Source of the DNA: Paraspadella gotoi
Lineage: Eukaryota > Animalia > Chaetognatha
Direction: 5' to 3'
Assembly: GCA_051294375.1 (NCBI GenBank)
Contig: JBJCIZ010000035.1
Coordinates: 75,282 to 139,281 of the forward strand
Length of the DNA: 64,000 nt
The translations under genes and the position numbers were made by a program. Positions 22,767 through 35,700 of this stretch are shown here, one piece after another. The first letter of the stretch is position 1. The number at the start of each line of letters is the position of its first letter. Below the pieces are notes generated by a model. That model saw nothing but the letters and a program-made list of their open reading frames with translations, did not search any database and was not told the origin of the DNA.

Positions 22767-25700
22767 TAGAATAATTGCGCGTTAAAAAAATACCAAATAT
22801 TAAATTTTTAGATAAAAATATTGGAATAAATGAGTGTAATAATAATTTTAAAATATATGGTATATTTTAATTCAGTTACTTATTAAAACCAAGTCTGAAG
22901 ATGAGAGAGAAAAAAACAAGATTTAATAGAGAGAGAACAAAAAGAGGAGAGAGAAAAAAAAGAAAGAGTGAATGAGAAAAAGAGAGAGAGAGAAAAAGAA
23001 AGAGAGAGAGTAAGAAAAAGTGATAGAGAGAAAGAGAGGAGTAACAGACCAAGGGTGAGAAATAATTTCCTTCATGATATAATAACTAACTATAATCAGG
23101 TATAAACATAATCCTTTTCTCAATCTAAACTTTGCCGTCTCCTTTAACTCGGCCCCCTGGAGGGAGCAGTTTTTTGACCTCCCAAGGGGCGTACCGCCAA
23201 GGGGCAAGAATCTTTTTTTGAGCCGCCAGGGGGCTAAGATTAAGGGGCGCACCTCAATAGCTAACAAAATGTCTCTGGCCCCAGGGGAACCCCCCTGCGG
23301 CAGCCCCCTGAGGCAATCGCAGAGGCGGGCGTCGCCCCCTCAATGAGCCATCTTTGCTGCTCCCCCTAGAATAGTCTGCCCCCCTGGTGGGCCCCGCCTC
23401 TAGAGCCGCCCCGCGGGGCGGCGTAGGATATTTGGGGATGACCACTGAATACTCGAGAGTGGAAGTTCACCCAATGCCAAGTGCGAAAATGATCTACTAA
23501 TCGGGCCATGACCACCTTTTAACCAAAATTAAGTTCTTCCTAAAGACTTCCGCACATTGACTTATTAAGCCGCAAGCTTTTAATCAAAGAGAGCATATCC
23601 GATATACAAATATCTTAGAAAACTTTTCATGGATAAATGTGATATTGATGTTGGTCGCAATAATTACTACAACCAATTTTGCGGAAGTAGTAAAATAATT
23701 CTTTCTTTCAACTATTTTTTTAGCAGCTGCAATATAGTATTATATGATCGTAGTGGACTCGTTGTTCGTAAACAATTTCTCTTGAAACTTTATTAAATAT
23801 ATATATAAAATTATCTTTTATCTTATCATACACAGAAAGGAATATCTGTGCTACCCTGTATTGCCTAATCCAGAATTTAAATTACCCAACCTTTTTTTTT
23901 AAGTTATGCCAATATTAAATTTTGATTAATAAAGTTTTGAGTTGCCTTTTGTTGTCACGTTTTTCTGACATTTTCCTCTGAACAGCTGTGGTTGACAGGC
24001 CAAGTTGTCTCGGGCACGAATGAACGGCACAGCCCCTATAACAACTCCCTCCTCCTCTTTAAGTATTTTTTTGAAACTAATTTAATATTACGTTTGAGGC
24101 AATGGTCAGTTGGACAAGTAATGCTTGTATTACAAACTTAAAGAAAAAAACATTTTCAAATGGCGCCCTTTAAAACTAAAGAAGTTTATTATTTATTTAC
24201 AGTTTCATCATGTTTATTTCTGCGTTTGTTACTTATAAATTATTTATAATGTTTTTTTCATAAAAGTATTGAAGATGCTGAATAAAAACGACTTTTCGTC
24301 CTTCTCCTTCATAGTGATTTTTATCCGGAAATCTGCTATACAGCAGATTCGCGGATCTATAATTCACTTTGTCGGTCCGTGGTCCGCCCCCCAAGTCTTG
24401 TCGGGCTTATTCTTTATTAGAACCATCAAAATTATGAAAAAATTATGCATTGACGGCAAAATGGTTTGGTTTACAACCGGAATTTTCTATTTTCATAAGC
24501 ACATGCATCACGTAATCTTTTCGGCTCAGATGCCAAGCCTTCTTTCTCAGCAGTCAAATGATTTGTCATGATAAAATCTTATGCCAAAAAAATTGATGGT
24601 CCGCTCCATTTGTCTTGTCATCCTGTTTCTGGCTCCGTTCCCCACCTTAGAAAATAAACACCCCAAGTAACTTGTGATATCCTTGATGGGATGGATTGGA
24701 ATAAAAATTTTGTATGGTGGGTAGGAAAGTGTGTGAGGCTCTGACCGCAGGAAATAAAGTTTCGATGGAAATCGCTCTAAGCGGAAAATGATTTTAAATG
24801 GAAATAAAACAATCAATTAATTTCACTATTTTATTATTGCTTTTTTAATTTTTATATTAAATGTAACAATTCAAGCCTGCATTTAATAAGTAGTTCATAA
24901 ACATCTGTTATAATTATAAGTTATTAATTATTGTACATTAATAATTTATATTAAATATTTATTGTAATCCGAGATTGTTGTTTAGTGATTGAGAGGCGAG
25001 ACAAAGTAAAAAACGATTTTGAAACGAAATAAAAAAATTAATTCAAATTAAAGTTAATTAATTCATTAAGTCATTATCTGATCAGCTGCTTACCGCTAAT
25101 TGATTAGTGGGCAGACTCGTGCATTGTCTGTGCCCAAACTTGTTCTGTTGTTTTCTAGTTTCTTCCCCTATTCCTGAGCGGTCTTCTTTTCATTCTTTCT
25201 GTTCTGCTCTTTCTTTTCATCTTCTGTCTGCGCTGTTCTTTCTTTTCGTTTTTTCTCTTTTGTTCTGGTTTTCTTTTTCCTCTCTTTCTTTCCTTTCTCT
25301 CTTTCCTTTCTCGTTTTCCTTTTCTCTCTTTCTTTTCTCGTTTTCTATTTCTTCTCTCTTTCTTTTACCGTCTTCTTTCATCTCTTTCTTTCTCGTTTTC
25401 TTTTTCTCTCTTTTTTTCTCGTTTTCTTTTCTCTCTTTTTACTCGTTTTCTTTTCTACTCTTTTTTACTCGTTTCCTTTTTCTCTCTTTTTTACTCGTTT
25501 TCTTTTTCTCTCCTTTTTCTCGTTCTCTTTCTTTCTTCTTTTCTTTTTTCTTTCATTTCTTTCTTCTGTTCAGTCGTTTCCCTTTATAAAAGGTTATATA
25601 TCATTCTTTCTTACATTTACTGTAGCACTGTTAATTTTAGTACCAGTCAATTCTAAATAAGATGTTCTTCAAAATACATTCTGACATTTGTCCCCCTTCT

Positions 25701-28346
25701 TGCTTTTGTCTTCAACAAATTCTCTATGGAAAGCAAAATACGGATACCAAAATCCACTTTGCATAATCGCAGTCATTTCAAGAATCTTCTTCAGTTTTTA
25801 ATAGTATTAAGGATGTATACTTGACGTAAACCGAGCTTGATATGCGACAAGTCATAATATTTCGATATGCGCCGGTCAATTAAAATTTATTCAAGCTGCC
25901 CGAGAACAACGCATGTATTAGCTATTTAAAAAATAGAAGTATCCTGTTACTCCAGTACTCTTAAAGAGGACGTGCCGTCTGTGAGTTGCTTCCCACGATC
26001 CTTCAAGAGAGTATAAATCTAGCTAATTCATGCAATATTTTTGGATCGCATCGACCAAATTACGTAACTCATCTTACATCAGCGTATCTGTCAACTGTGC
26101 TAAAATTTATCCCAAATACGAGCGAATATTTAAAGTATGTAAAACTTCTAATGAAACATAACACTGAAAGCCTACTGTCAACTTATGAAGTATCTCTCCG
26201 AGATGAGAGATAACGACTACCACTACTTAATAAAATCCCAATATATTAGCTTGATATTATACGATCATAAGGACAGCGCGAGATCGGCATATTAGTTGTA
26301 ACAACTATGTCATGAGTAAGAGATTCTACCCTTGACTGTATGGTTAGGAATAGATATTAAAGCAATGATGTTATCAACTCCACATCTCCAGGGCCATGCT
26401 GTGGAGCCAGTTGTGAAGGCTGTGGATGGAAAGAAGCACTTTCAAATTGACGGCTGAAATAATCTTGTATGAGTTCCTCACTAATAAAGTTGAGGTGGAC
26501 GGGCTAAACAAGTCATATTTTCAAGACCACCATTAATCTTTTTAGTCAAAGTGCTAGCAAAAATCCCTTATAAGCCACAGGGGTTATTGCTAACGGGTGT
26601 TGAAGCAAATTCCGCATGAGATTTGGCGCAAACATATTTTTATCACGCCCCCACATCATTGTGCCGGATGCTAAATTAGCAATTGAGCTACTAAAATTTT
26701 GAAATTTTTGGCACACCCTACCGCCATGGTGGTCTATGTCGATCCTTCTGCATGCCGCGCATCTGTTTCCCGTCCCTATTGAGCGAGGAACGACCCTCTT
26801 CAACTCGTCCGCCGTTCGAATCGCAATGGTCTCCCATTCGCCAATCTGGCGGTCCAGACCCGACGGATCCCCTGATGCCATGTCTAAAACAAAAACGCAA
26901 GAAAAAGTTAAGATAAGGCCTGTGAGAGACCTTGGGAAAAATATGAAATGGTAACGAATTTTTCTGATCTTAATTATCTATTTGTTATAAAAAAATTAAG
27001 GCCTATTATTTATTTATAACTCCTTGCTTATAATTAAATCAGAATAGTCTCACTTCAAATTCGATGTCCTTTTGTTGAATCTCTGTATTTGCGAAGGCTC
27101 GGAAAAAAATTTGGAAAAAATTGACGCGATGGGATTTTCTCTCTTTTAATTTGTAGAAATTTAGGTAGCGAAGAACGAGTAATTTCAATGGAGGCAAAAA
27201 AACTTTTTTCGTAACCAGCGCTGAACACCAAGTGGAGGACGGAATTTTTAGTGAAAAGAATTCGAGACCAAAGTAAAATGAACGAGGGTTTATTTCAGTA
27301 TAACATCGAAGGGAAATGCGCGCGAGAATAAAATAACAATGACTTTTATATGAACTACTTTGTTTACCAAAGTAGGAATGTGAAAGGGAATGGAATTTTA
27401 GGTCGAGAAATATTATTGACATTTTTGCAATTTTCAAAATTCTTTCTCACGAACTTCACTCCTTTTTTCATAATATTTTTATATTTTTGGATAGAGAATG
27501 ACTGGAATAATGTAAATCTTAAGTTACGTCTAAATTGGCCTGTGGATTTAGAAGAAATAGACCAAAAACAACCAAAATTCCTCTCCCTTTTTTCAACATT
27601 CTCGCCGATTCTGACTTCCTCTTACAAACTTATAATTCTGGGAGTTAATTTTTAGTCGGATCTGCTTATCAGCAGATCCGACTCTATAACTCACTTTGTC
27701 GGTCCGTCGGTCCGCCCCCTCAATATTGTCGGGCACACACTTATATCATGTCAGAACATCGAATTATGATAAATTATGCAAAAAAAATGATGTCCGTCCG
27801 TCCGTCTGTCTGTCCGTCCGTCCGTCCCACCTTAGCAAAAAACTCCAATTACTCGTGATTGGATGGATGGATTGGTATGAAATTTTGTGTGTGGGTAGTA
27901 AACTGTGTGATTGAGATGGATATGAAGTTTCGAGGGAATCGTGCGAGTGGAAATGGGTTTAAATGGGAAAAAAAAAATTTCACTATTTGAACGTCAATTG
28001 CTCATGAGTGGATAAGGCAATTGACTTGAAATTTTGTATGATGGTAGGAAAGTTTGTGATTGAGCTGGATATAAAGTTTCGATGGAATCGTGCAAGTGGA
28101 AATGAGTTAAAATGGAAAAAACAAAAGTCATATTTACTTGAAGTATTTTTACTTAAATTTACTCATAATTATTATGTTTATTAAAAATTGGATAGATAAA
28201 TCGAAATTGAATTTTGTGTGTGGGTAGGAAAGTATGTGATAAAGCTGGATATAAATTTTTTGATGGAATCGTAGGAGTGGAAAAAGTTCAAATTAGAAAA
28301 CCAAAAGACACATTTATTTGAATTTTTTAAAGTTTCTCTCTCTCTC

Positions 28347-28377
<31 letters not shown>

Positions 28378-29709
28378 CCAAATTATGCCAATTGACAAAA
28401 ATATGCCAGTTGACCAAATTCTGCAAGTTGACCAAATTATGCCAGTTTCTGGTGGTCCTATCACCACAGATAAATTTAAGCTGTTGCTTTCGCAGCGCCT
28501 CGGTGGCTCGCAGGTGGACGTAATGGCACTCCCATCCGCAAATGTTGCGATGCCCATTGAGGTTCGAGCCCGTGAGGTTTCATGTTAGGAAGAAGATGAT
28601 GGACCGGGCTAACCCGCCTGGTTTAGGCCATGGAGCCTGACGTGCCAGATCGCAAAGCTACTCGGAAGTACATGACATGCTGTTCTGCGCTTGGTCGCCA
28701 CGAGGTGACACCGGCTCGCGGCTGTGGCGGCCGCTGTAAAAACAGCCTCTTTCAATGGTGAGCCCGAGTGGATCCCGAAACACGCAACCGGGCATGATAA
28801 TATCGCTTGCCTTGATGATGGTTTTGAGCTACACAGCTTTGCCAACTCAAAGCCAAGGCCACGCAGAATGAAGATGAGGTTCAGCGGAGGAGAACATGCG
28901 CTTGCATCCCCTGCTTCGTACTCTTCATGATGCGAGAGTCCTGGGGGCGGCTGTCCTGGTGGTCCTATCACCACAGATAAATTAAAGCTGTTTGCTTTCG
29001 CAGCGCCTCGGTGGTCAGCTGACTAATGCACCATTCCAATGTGCGTCCCTGGTTCCAGCCTGAGGTTGTCATGTAGAAAGTGGGATGGACGGGCGGGTAA
29101 CCCGCCTGTAGGCATGGGCCTACTGCCAGATCCAAAGCTGCTGGACTACATGAACATGCTGTCTCGCTGTCGCCACGAAGGTGACACGCCTGCGGGTGTG
29201 GCGCCCTTGTAAAACCAGCCTCTTAAGTTGACCAAATTATGCCAGTTGACCAAATTCTGCAAGTTGACCAAATTATGCCTGTTACCAATTATGCCTGTTG
29301 ACCAAATTTATGCCTGTTGACCAAATTAGGCCAGTTGACCAAATTAGGCCAGTTGATAAAATTTGCCAGTTGACCAAATTATGCTGGTTGACCAAATTAT
29401 TTAATTGATCAAATTATGTCAGTTGACCAAATATATGTCAGTTGACCAAATTATGTCAGCTAGACCAAATTATGTCAGTTGACCAAATTATGCAAGTTGA
29501 TTAAATTATGCAAGTTGACCAAGTTAGCTTATTACCACTTAATTATCGATTGACCTGGAATTTTGTATGTGAGTAGAAAAGTGTGTGATTGAACAGGAAA
29601 CCAAGTTTCGATGGAATCTTTTGAGTGGAAATGAGTTTAAATGGAAAAAAAACAAAAAACCTGTTTCTCTAATTGATTATGATTCTTTCCTTTATATTAA
29701 ATGTATATG

Positions 29710-29922
29710 TGTAGAATCGAACCCAAGTATTTTGATCCACAATTGATCCTGACGCCTCGACGCCAATTCGGATCGATATTTACTGTTTGTTTTTAACTTT
29801 TTTTATATTATAAAAATAAGTTATTAAATTATTTAAATTAATAATAAAAACGTCGCGACCTGGTCTCGAACTCGGGATTTCCAATCCACTCGTCATGTCT
29901 TAACCAGAGTCGCCACTGAAAT
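29710..29922 (-). ncRNA. Two tandem tRNA-like Pol III cassettes at the end of the solo LTR
   Basis: Unit 1 TGGCGACTCTGG...GAGTTCGAGACC...TTTTT; unit 2 TGGCGTCGAGG...GGTTCGATTC-TACA flush with the LTR terminus. Confidence 0.62.
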
Positions 29923-30600
29923 AGTTACTCTGTTTCTTTCAAATCTTGCTTATAACATTTCCCTTATAATAATAGAATTGATCTTTTGTTATCAATTAAC
30001 AAAGGAACACTGTCAAATATCAATAAGCAGCTGATTCCATATTTATATTATTTTTCTTTGTTATTCCAGTTAAAGTCTGGAAACCATTTTGAATTCTTCA
30101 GAGGAAATTAACTGCATTTACATCCATATTAATTTCTCTTCGATTCGTTATTATTTAATTACTGTCAATTAATTAATTGTTTTATTATTGTTTACATATA
30201 GCTATTTGAATTGCTTGATGGCAAAAGCACTTCGAATATCTATATGCTTTGATTATTTATTAAGGTATTGCTTTTAACGATTAACCAAGCAAGTTGGTTT
30301 AGAAACCTTTTATTGACGCCATCATAACTCTGCCACGTACGTGCGTCAGCGTCACGCCAGCGTTAAGTCATTTCCGGTTCAATTAAAAAACTCTTCTAAT
30401 CGAACTAAAATCAAGTCTACGTCACGTTGAGTCACGCCACGTCTCTAACGCCTTCTTACGACGCCGGTAACGACGCCAGCGGCGACGCCACTTCGCGGCC
30501 ACGCCCACTCTCATTCAAGCGAGCCAATCTCTTCGTTGATTCGCCTGACGTTGGATGGCGTTATTCTGCATCAAATTTGAATTGTCCTACGCCATCTACA
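29710..30600 (-). mobile_element. Solo LTR (891 bp)
   Basis: TGTAGA...TCTACA ends, 4-bp TSD TATG on both sides, empty site visible in the homologous element near 63800; AATAAA on the minus strand near 30313; shares a block with 40590-40670. Confidence 0.85.
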
Positions 30601-31320
30601 TATGCAGGATGTATTAATAAATCAAATAATTAATCAGTAATTAATCAATTAGTCATTAATTAATCAATAATTAATTAATCAGTCAATCAATTGTCCATCC
30701 GTCCACCTTAGCAAAAAGCTCCAATAACTCGTGATTGGCTGTTTGGATTGGAATGAAATGGTGGGTAGGAAAGTGTGTGTGATAAAGCTGGATATAAAGT
30801 TCTGCGAACGTGTGAGTGGAAATGAGTTTAAGTGGAAAAAACATAAGTCGCATTTACTAAAATATTTTTACTTATTTTAACTAATAAGTACTCTAATTAA
30901 TCATAATTGGATGGATAGATTGAGTTCAAATTTTTTGTGTGGGTAGAAAAATGTGTAACGATGCTTGATATAAAGTTTTCGGTGGAAACGTACGAGTGGA
31001 AATGAGTTTAAATGAAAAAAATATGAGTCACATTTACTTGAATCTTTTTACTTATTTTAACCCATATTAGATTGAGATGAAATTTTGTGAGCGGGTAGGA
31101 AAGTGTGTGAAGAAGCTAGATATAAAGTTTTGACGGAATTGTGCAGTGTAAATGAGTTTAAATGGAAAAAACATAAGTCACATTTACTTGAATCTTTATT
31201 ATTCATGATTACTAATTTATGATTACTAATAAATGTTTTAATTAATTAATTAATTAATTAATGTGAAAAAATGATGCAATTTAAAAAATCCTAAAAGCAT
31301 AAGGATCGTCGCATTGCACA

Positions 31321-31352
<32 letters not shown>

Positions 31353-34300
31353 CAGAAAATTGAGCATAAGGATCGTCTCAATTGCAAAGAGAGAAAGAGA
31401 GAGAGAGAGAGAAAGCAGAAAAATGAGCATAAGGATCGTTGCAATTGCAAAGAGAGAGAGAGAGAGAGAGAGAGAAAAAGAAAGAGACAGTCCGAGATAA
31501 AAATTAGCGAATAAAAAAGTTGTTATTTTACTCACTGAATAAAAATACTTAAAATACTTACAAAATACATAAAATTGATAAAATTTTTATTCCGATAACA
31601 TTGTTTAATCACATGCAATATATCTAGTAAGGCGGGCCAAAATTGAACACTTTTTATAACTTCTAGTTCTCCCAAAAAAAATAGTTTTCCCTTCTACTAC
31701 TAAATTGATTTTCAATGTAACTTTTTGAATTAGTTCATTGAGTTGTTGCACTGAAGCTTTTAAATATTTATTAATATATAACAAATGACAAAAAAAAAAT
31801 TTAAAAATTTGATTTTTTTAAGAACGGGTTCTTGTAGAGCTTAAAAAGTTAAATGAAAGTTAGTACTATAATTTTTTCAAATTTTGACAATAAATTGGTT
31901 AAAAATAGAAAAAACCTTAAAAAATCATCATCATCATCATTATTGGCTGAATTTTATTTTTTTTAATTTTTCATTAATAAAACAAAAAAATTGAATCTTT
32001 AATATTAATGATTACTAATAAATGTTTCAATTAATTAATTAATTAATGTGAAAAAATGATGCAAGTTAAAAAAATCTTAAAAGCATAAAGATCGTCGCAA
32101 TTGCATAAAAAGAGAGAGAAAGAGAGAGAGAGAGAAGGAGACATAAAATAAAATAGAGGATATTTGTTTGTTTTGATAAAATGTAAACAAAACATATTTA
32201 ATAACTGTCCTAACCCAATTTTAAGGACATCGATGATGATAAGTTGAATATAAATTTAAAATTATTTATTACTTTTTAAAATTAATTAATTAATCAATTA
32301 ATTAATTAATTAATTTCTGATGGATTTTGATGGAATACGGGAAGTTGAACAAGAAATATAATTACAGCTTTTAAAAATTCTTTTATTTTCTCAATAAAAA
32401 TTTAACAAAAACTGATAAAGATGATGAGTTTTTACGGTTTTTCTTATTTTTTCACCTACTTATCATAAAAATATTTAAAAAGGAATTAAACTTTGTGTAA
32501 ACAGCTTTTTGTGAGCCATCTGAATCTGATCTTAAAGTTGTAAATTTTTTTCAAAATATTACGGGCCTTTCCTATCTATAAATAAATATTAAAAAAATAA
32601 TTACTAGGGTATAAAGCCATATAAAAAATTTTTTGTCCATAAAATGTATACTTAAAAATGTAAAAATTTTTGTTTGAGCATGTACTGACTAGCCCCATTG
32701 AGTGCGGCTACCCCTACTACTAAAATCGATAGGAATTTATTCTCAGCTGATGCGGAAAATTGTCAAGGACAGAATTGATAACAGATGTGAATTGTTAAGA
32801 AAAAACTTAGAAACAGGTGAAATTAACAATTCGGATCTAGCTTTTGATAAATGTTCAGGCGAATTACTCCAGCATGGAGAACCAATCTCAATTGTAGAGT
32901 TAGTGAATCACGTGTATTTCCCAGCAATGGGAGAAAATCAACTCTCAGTAAAAGAAGCTTTTTTTTCATAATTTTGCACAATTACTGGAGTCACTCGGAG
33001 ATGAACATCTCCAGAAGCGGAACATCGACGCGGATGTGACAGTAAAGCTTGTTCAGCTTTCTTTAGAAGCTGACTTAGAATAGTTTGAACGTAAGGACGC
33101 GTTGACCAATGTGATGAAAAGTCCGATGCTGAAGCTGGAAGAGGCCAGGGCTCTTGTCCGGGTTGAGCATGAATTGGAAGACCCAGTCTTGGCTCCTCCC
33201 GCAGCTTTTCAGGATCGCGATGCAATTTATCCATCACAGCGAATGGCTGCTTGTTTCTCCATTTATAAGGATGAATCAACCCATGGACGAGTTTCACCTC
33301 TCCAACGTAGCGACGCAAGAACCGTCCTTTATCTGAAAGAAAGGAAAAACCCGGTTAAACGCGGATCTCTTTCTTCTTGTGAAAATAAATAAAGGTAAGC
33401 CCACCTTCTTCTCCCCATAGTAATGTCCAAGGTTTTAAAAGGCGACGTCATCGTCAGGCCTCTCATGTCTTGCCCATGGACTACAGTGGAGATAAGGATG
33501 ATCAATTGGGCGTCCTTTGGAAAGAGAGGCTGCTCTCGGCAAGGAAGAATAGTGCGGAACTGAAGAAAAGGGATGCTGTCAATCAATCAGCTGATGAAGA
33601 CCATGATGCGATCAAATTTGCCGCAATAATTACACCTAAGTCAAAAAAGAAAAAGATTAAAATTACGAATTGCCCTCAATCCAAGGTTTTTGGAGTTAAT
33701 GAATGCCTAGGTGAATTGGTGCCTGAAGATATCTCACCCGTCACTGATGATGGCAATGATAACAAAAAACCTTTCAAACATACAATAAATACTATTTTTG
33801 AAATGGTCACATGACAAGAGTTAAATAAAAGACAAAAAACTCGGACAAAACGGTCGTGGGGGGTGTATGGTAAATGAGGCGGGATCCAAGAACATCCACA
33901 CCAGTCAATGCTTTGGATGAAGACCCCGCATATTCAACCCTTTTGTCTGCGATAAGAAAAAAACTCTAAGACGAAAAAGCCAAGGATTGGAGAAAGGATT
34001 CGGATAGTGATTCTGATGAATTTGGCCATACAAAGTAACCTAATGACGACATGGATCTTGAAACAAGATCTATGCCATGGGGGCGAAGGCACAAAGGCCA
34101 TTCACCTGATTAAAGCTGTTGACAACTTTAGGACAAATAATTTTATGGCACAACAGGTGAAATTTGAAGACAAAATTTGCAAACGAATTATGCAAAACAG
34201 CGATTTGGCCAGTGCAGACTATACTGTGTCTTTTTTATGACCCATCAAAAAAAGGCAAACTATTAAAGGCAAAGAAAAACTACTCCTTTGATAGATCAAT

Positions 34301-35034
34301 CCATCTGGGATAAGGATCACAAGACCTTACAAATTATGATACACAATGAGAAATCTTAATCTTGATGAAGCAGAAAAAAGAATTCTAATTCTGCATGGCA
34401 TGGGCATTGAAAAGATTAGATCTGTTGTGATGGATCATCTGTCGTTTGAGAAGATTGCATCAATACTGTCAATAATGTTTGGCTCTCTCTCTCTTCAAAA
34501 AAACATTTGAAGAAGGCAAGCCAAGACAAAGCAGAAAAGAAAGAACAAGCATATTTTCTCCCCATTGTGTCAGAGAAGTCGTGAGCACTTTTCTTCACTC
34601 GTTTTCAGAGATAGAAGTTATGCCATGGCCAGGCAGGTCTGGAGAAGAACACTTGGTTTTACAAACTCAAGTTTCTTACCATGGTACCCATTCTAAAGAA
34701 AACCATTAAAGAGGCATTATCATGGGATATGACTCAAATTAAATAAAAATAAATGAACAAAAATAAATTTAAAAAAATCATTCAATATAACAGTATTATC
34801 TAATTTAAATGTAGATGCACCCTCTATTTCCGGAGGACAACGCTGGCATCCCCATCCCAAACAGATAAATAATATTATATTTAAATACTTAACAAAATAT
34901 TCTAACAAATAAATGAATTCATAAATAATAGTTATTTTAAATACAAAAAAAAATAAATAAAGATAGTGAAACAAGTAATCTTGCAACTTTTATAAAAAAT
35001 AATATAATAATATAATATATATAATAATTTAATT

Positions 35035-35700
35035 TTGTTTGCAGTGAGGAGACTGAGCACGTCAATGAAATTTTTGCTTTTCAACAAAAATCCTTCTGAA
35101 CTGAGAGAAAACTTGTCTTTTCTTCAATTCATGTTGAATGGATCGTGCTTACACCCAATCACTGGAGAAACGCCTTTTGAGACGCTTTCCTCTCGGGAAG
35201 CCTCATATTTTCATTCTCTGCTGGTCAAGAGTTCTTGCAAGACAGAGTGGAAAAAATGAGAAAAATAATTTCAGTTTTCCGTGAAAAATATGTTTACTAT
35301 TCAGAGAGAGTCTCAACGTTTAGAACAGTAAACTCAGAAAATTTTCAAGAAGGAGAAAATGTCTGGATAAAAATTTTTTCAGCTAAGAAACATTTGAAAT
35401 ACTTAAAATCAGTCTTGCCTCGTTACCGTTTAGCAAAAATCATCAAAATAGTCTCACCTGTTTCGCTGATGCTTGAAGAGTTGTCCACTGGAAGGCTGGT
35501 CTCACGACACATTGTGGATGTTTTTAAAATGGCGCCAACGTCGTCATTTGGAAATGTTTTCACTGACACGAAGAGCGCCCGCGTTCGCGAAATGGAAGAT
35601 TTTGAGGGTGATGACGATTTTAGCAATAAAAAACTTGAACTCGGTGACCGAAGTGGAAATGTAGCGGAGGCGGGTCTGGAAAACCTTAAAATGGCAAACC
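35035..35700 (+). pseudogene. Integrase C-terminal half (core end plus GPY/F-SH3-like domain)
   Basis: LQFMLNGSCLHPITGETPFETL and FQEGENVWIK...VLPRYR..I.KIVSPVSLML..LSTGRLVSRH motifs, frameshifted. Confidence 0.75.

Larger units (their letters stand above)
27651..31200 (+). mobile_element. Helentron/DINE-1-like element containing nested insertions
   Basis: Head hairpin AGTCGGATCTGCT-TATC-AGCAGATCCGACT and (GTCC/GTCT)n; uninterrupted homolog at 63251-64000; relative at ~24322. Confidence 0.7.

Noticed and set aside
25107-25589. 160-aa Phe/Ser/Leu-rich ORF and similar ORFs at 8978, 11558, 13424, 22923 and 31281
   Set aside because: Translations of low-complexity or microsatellite DNA
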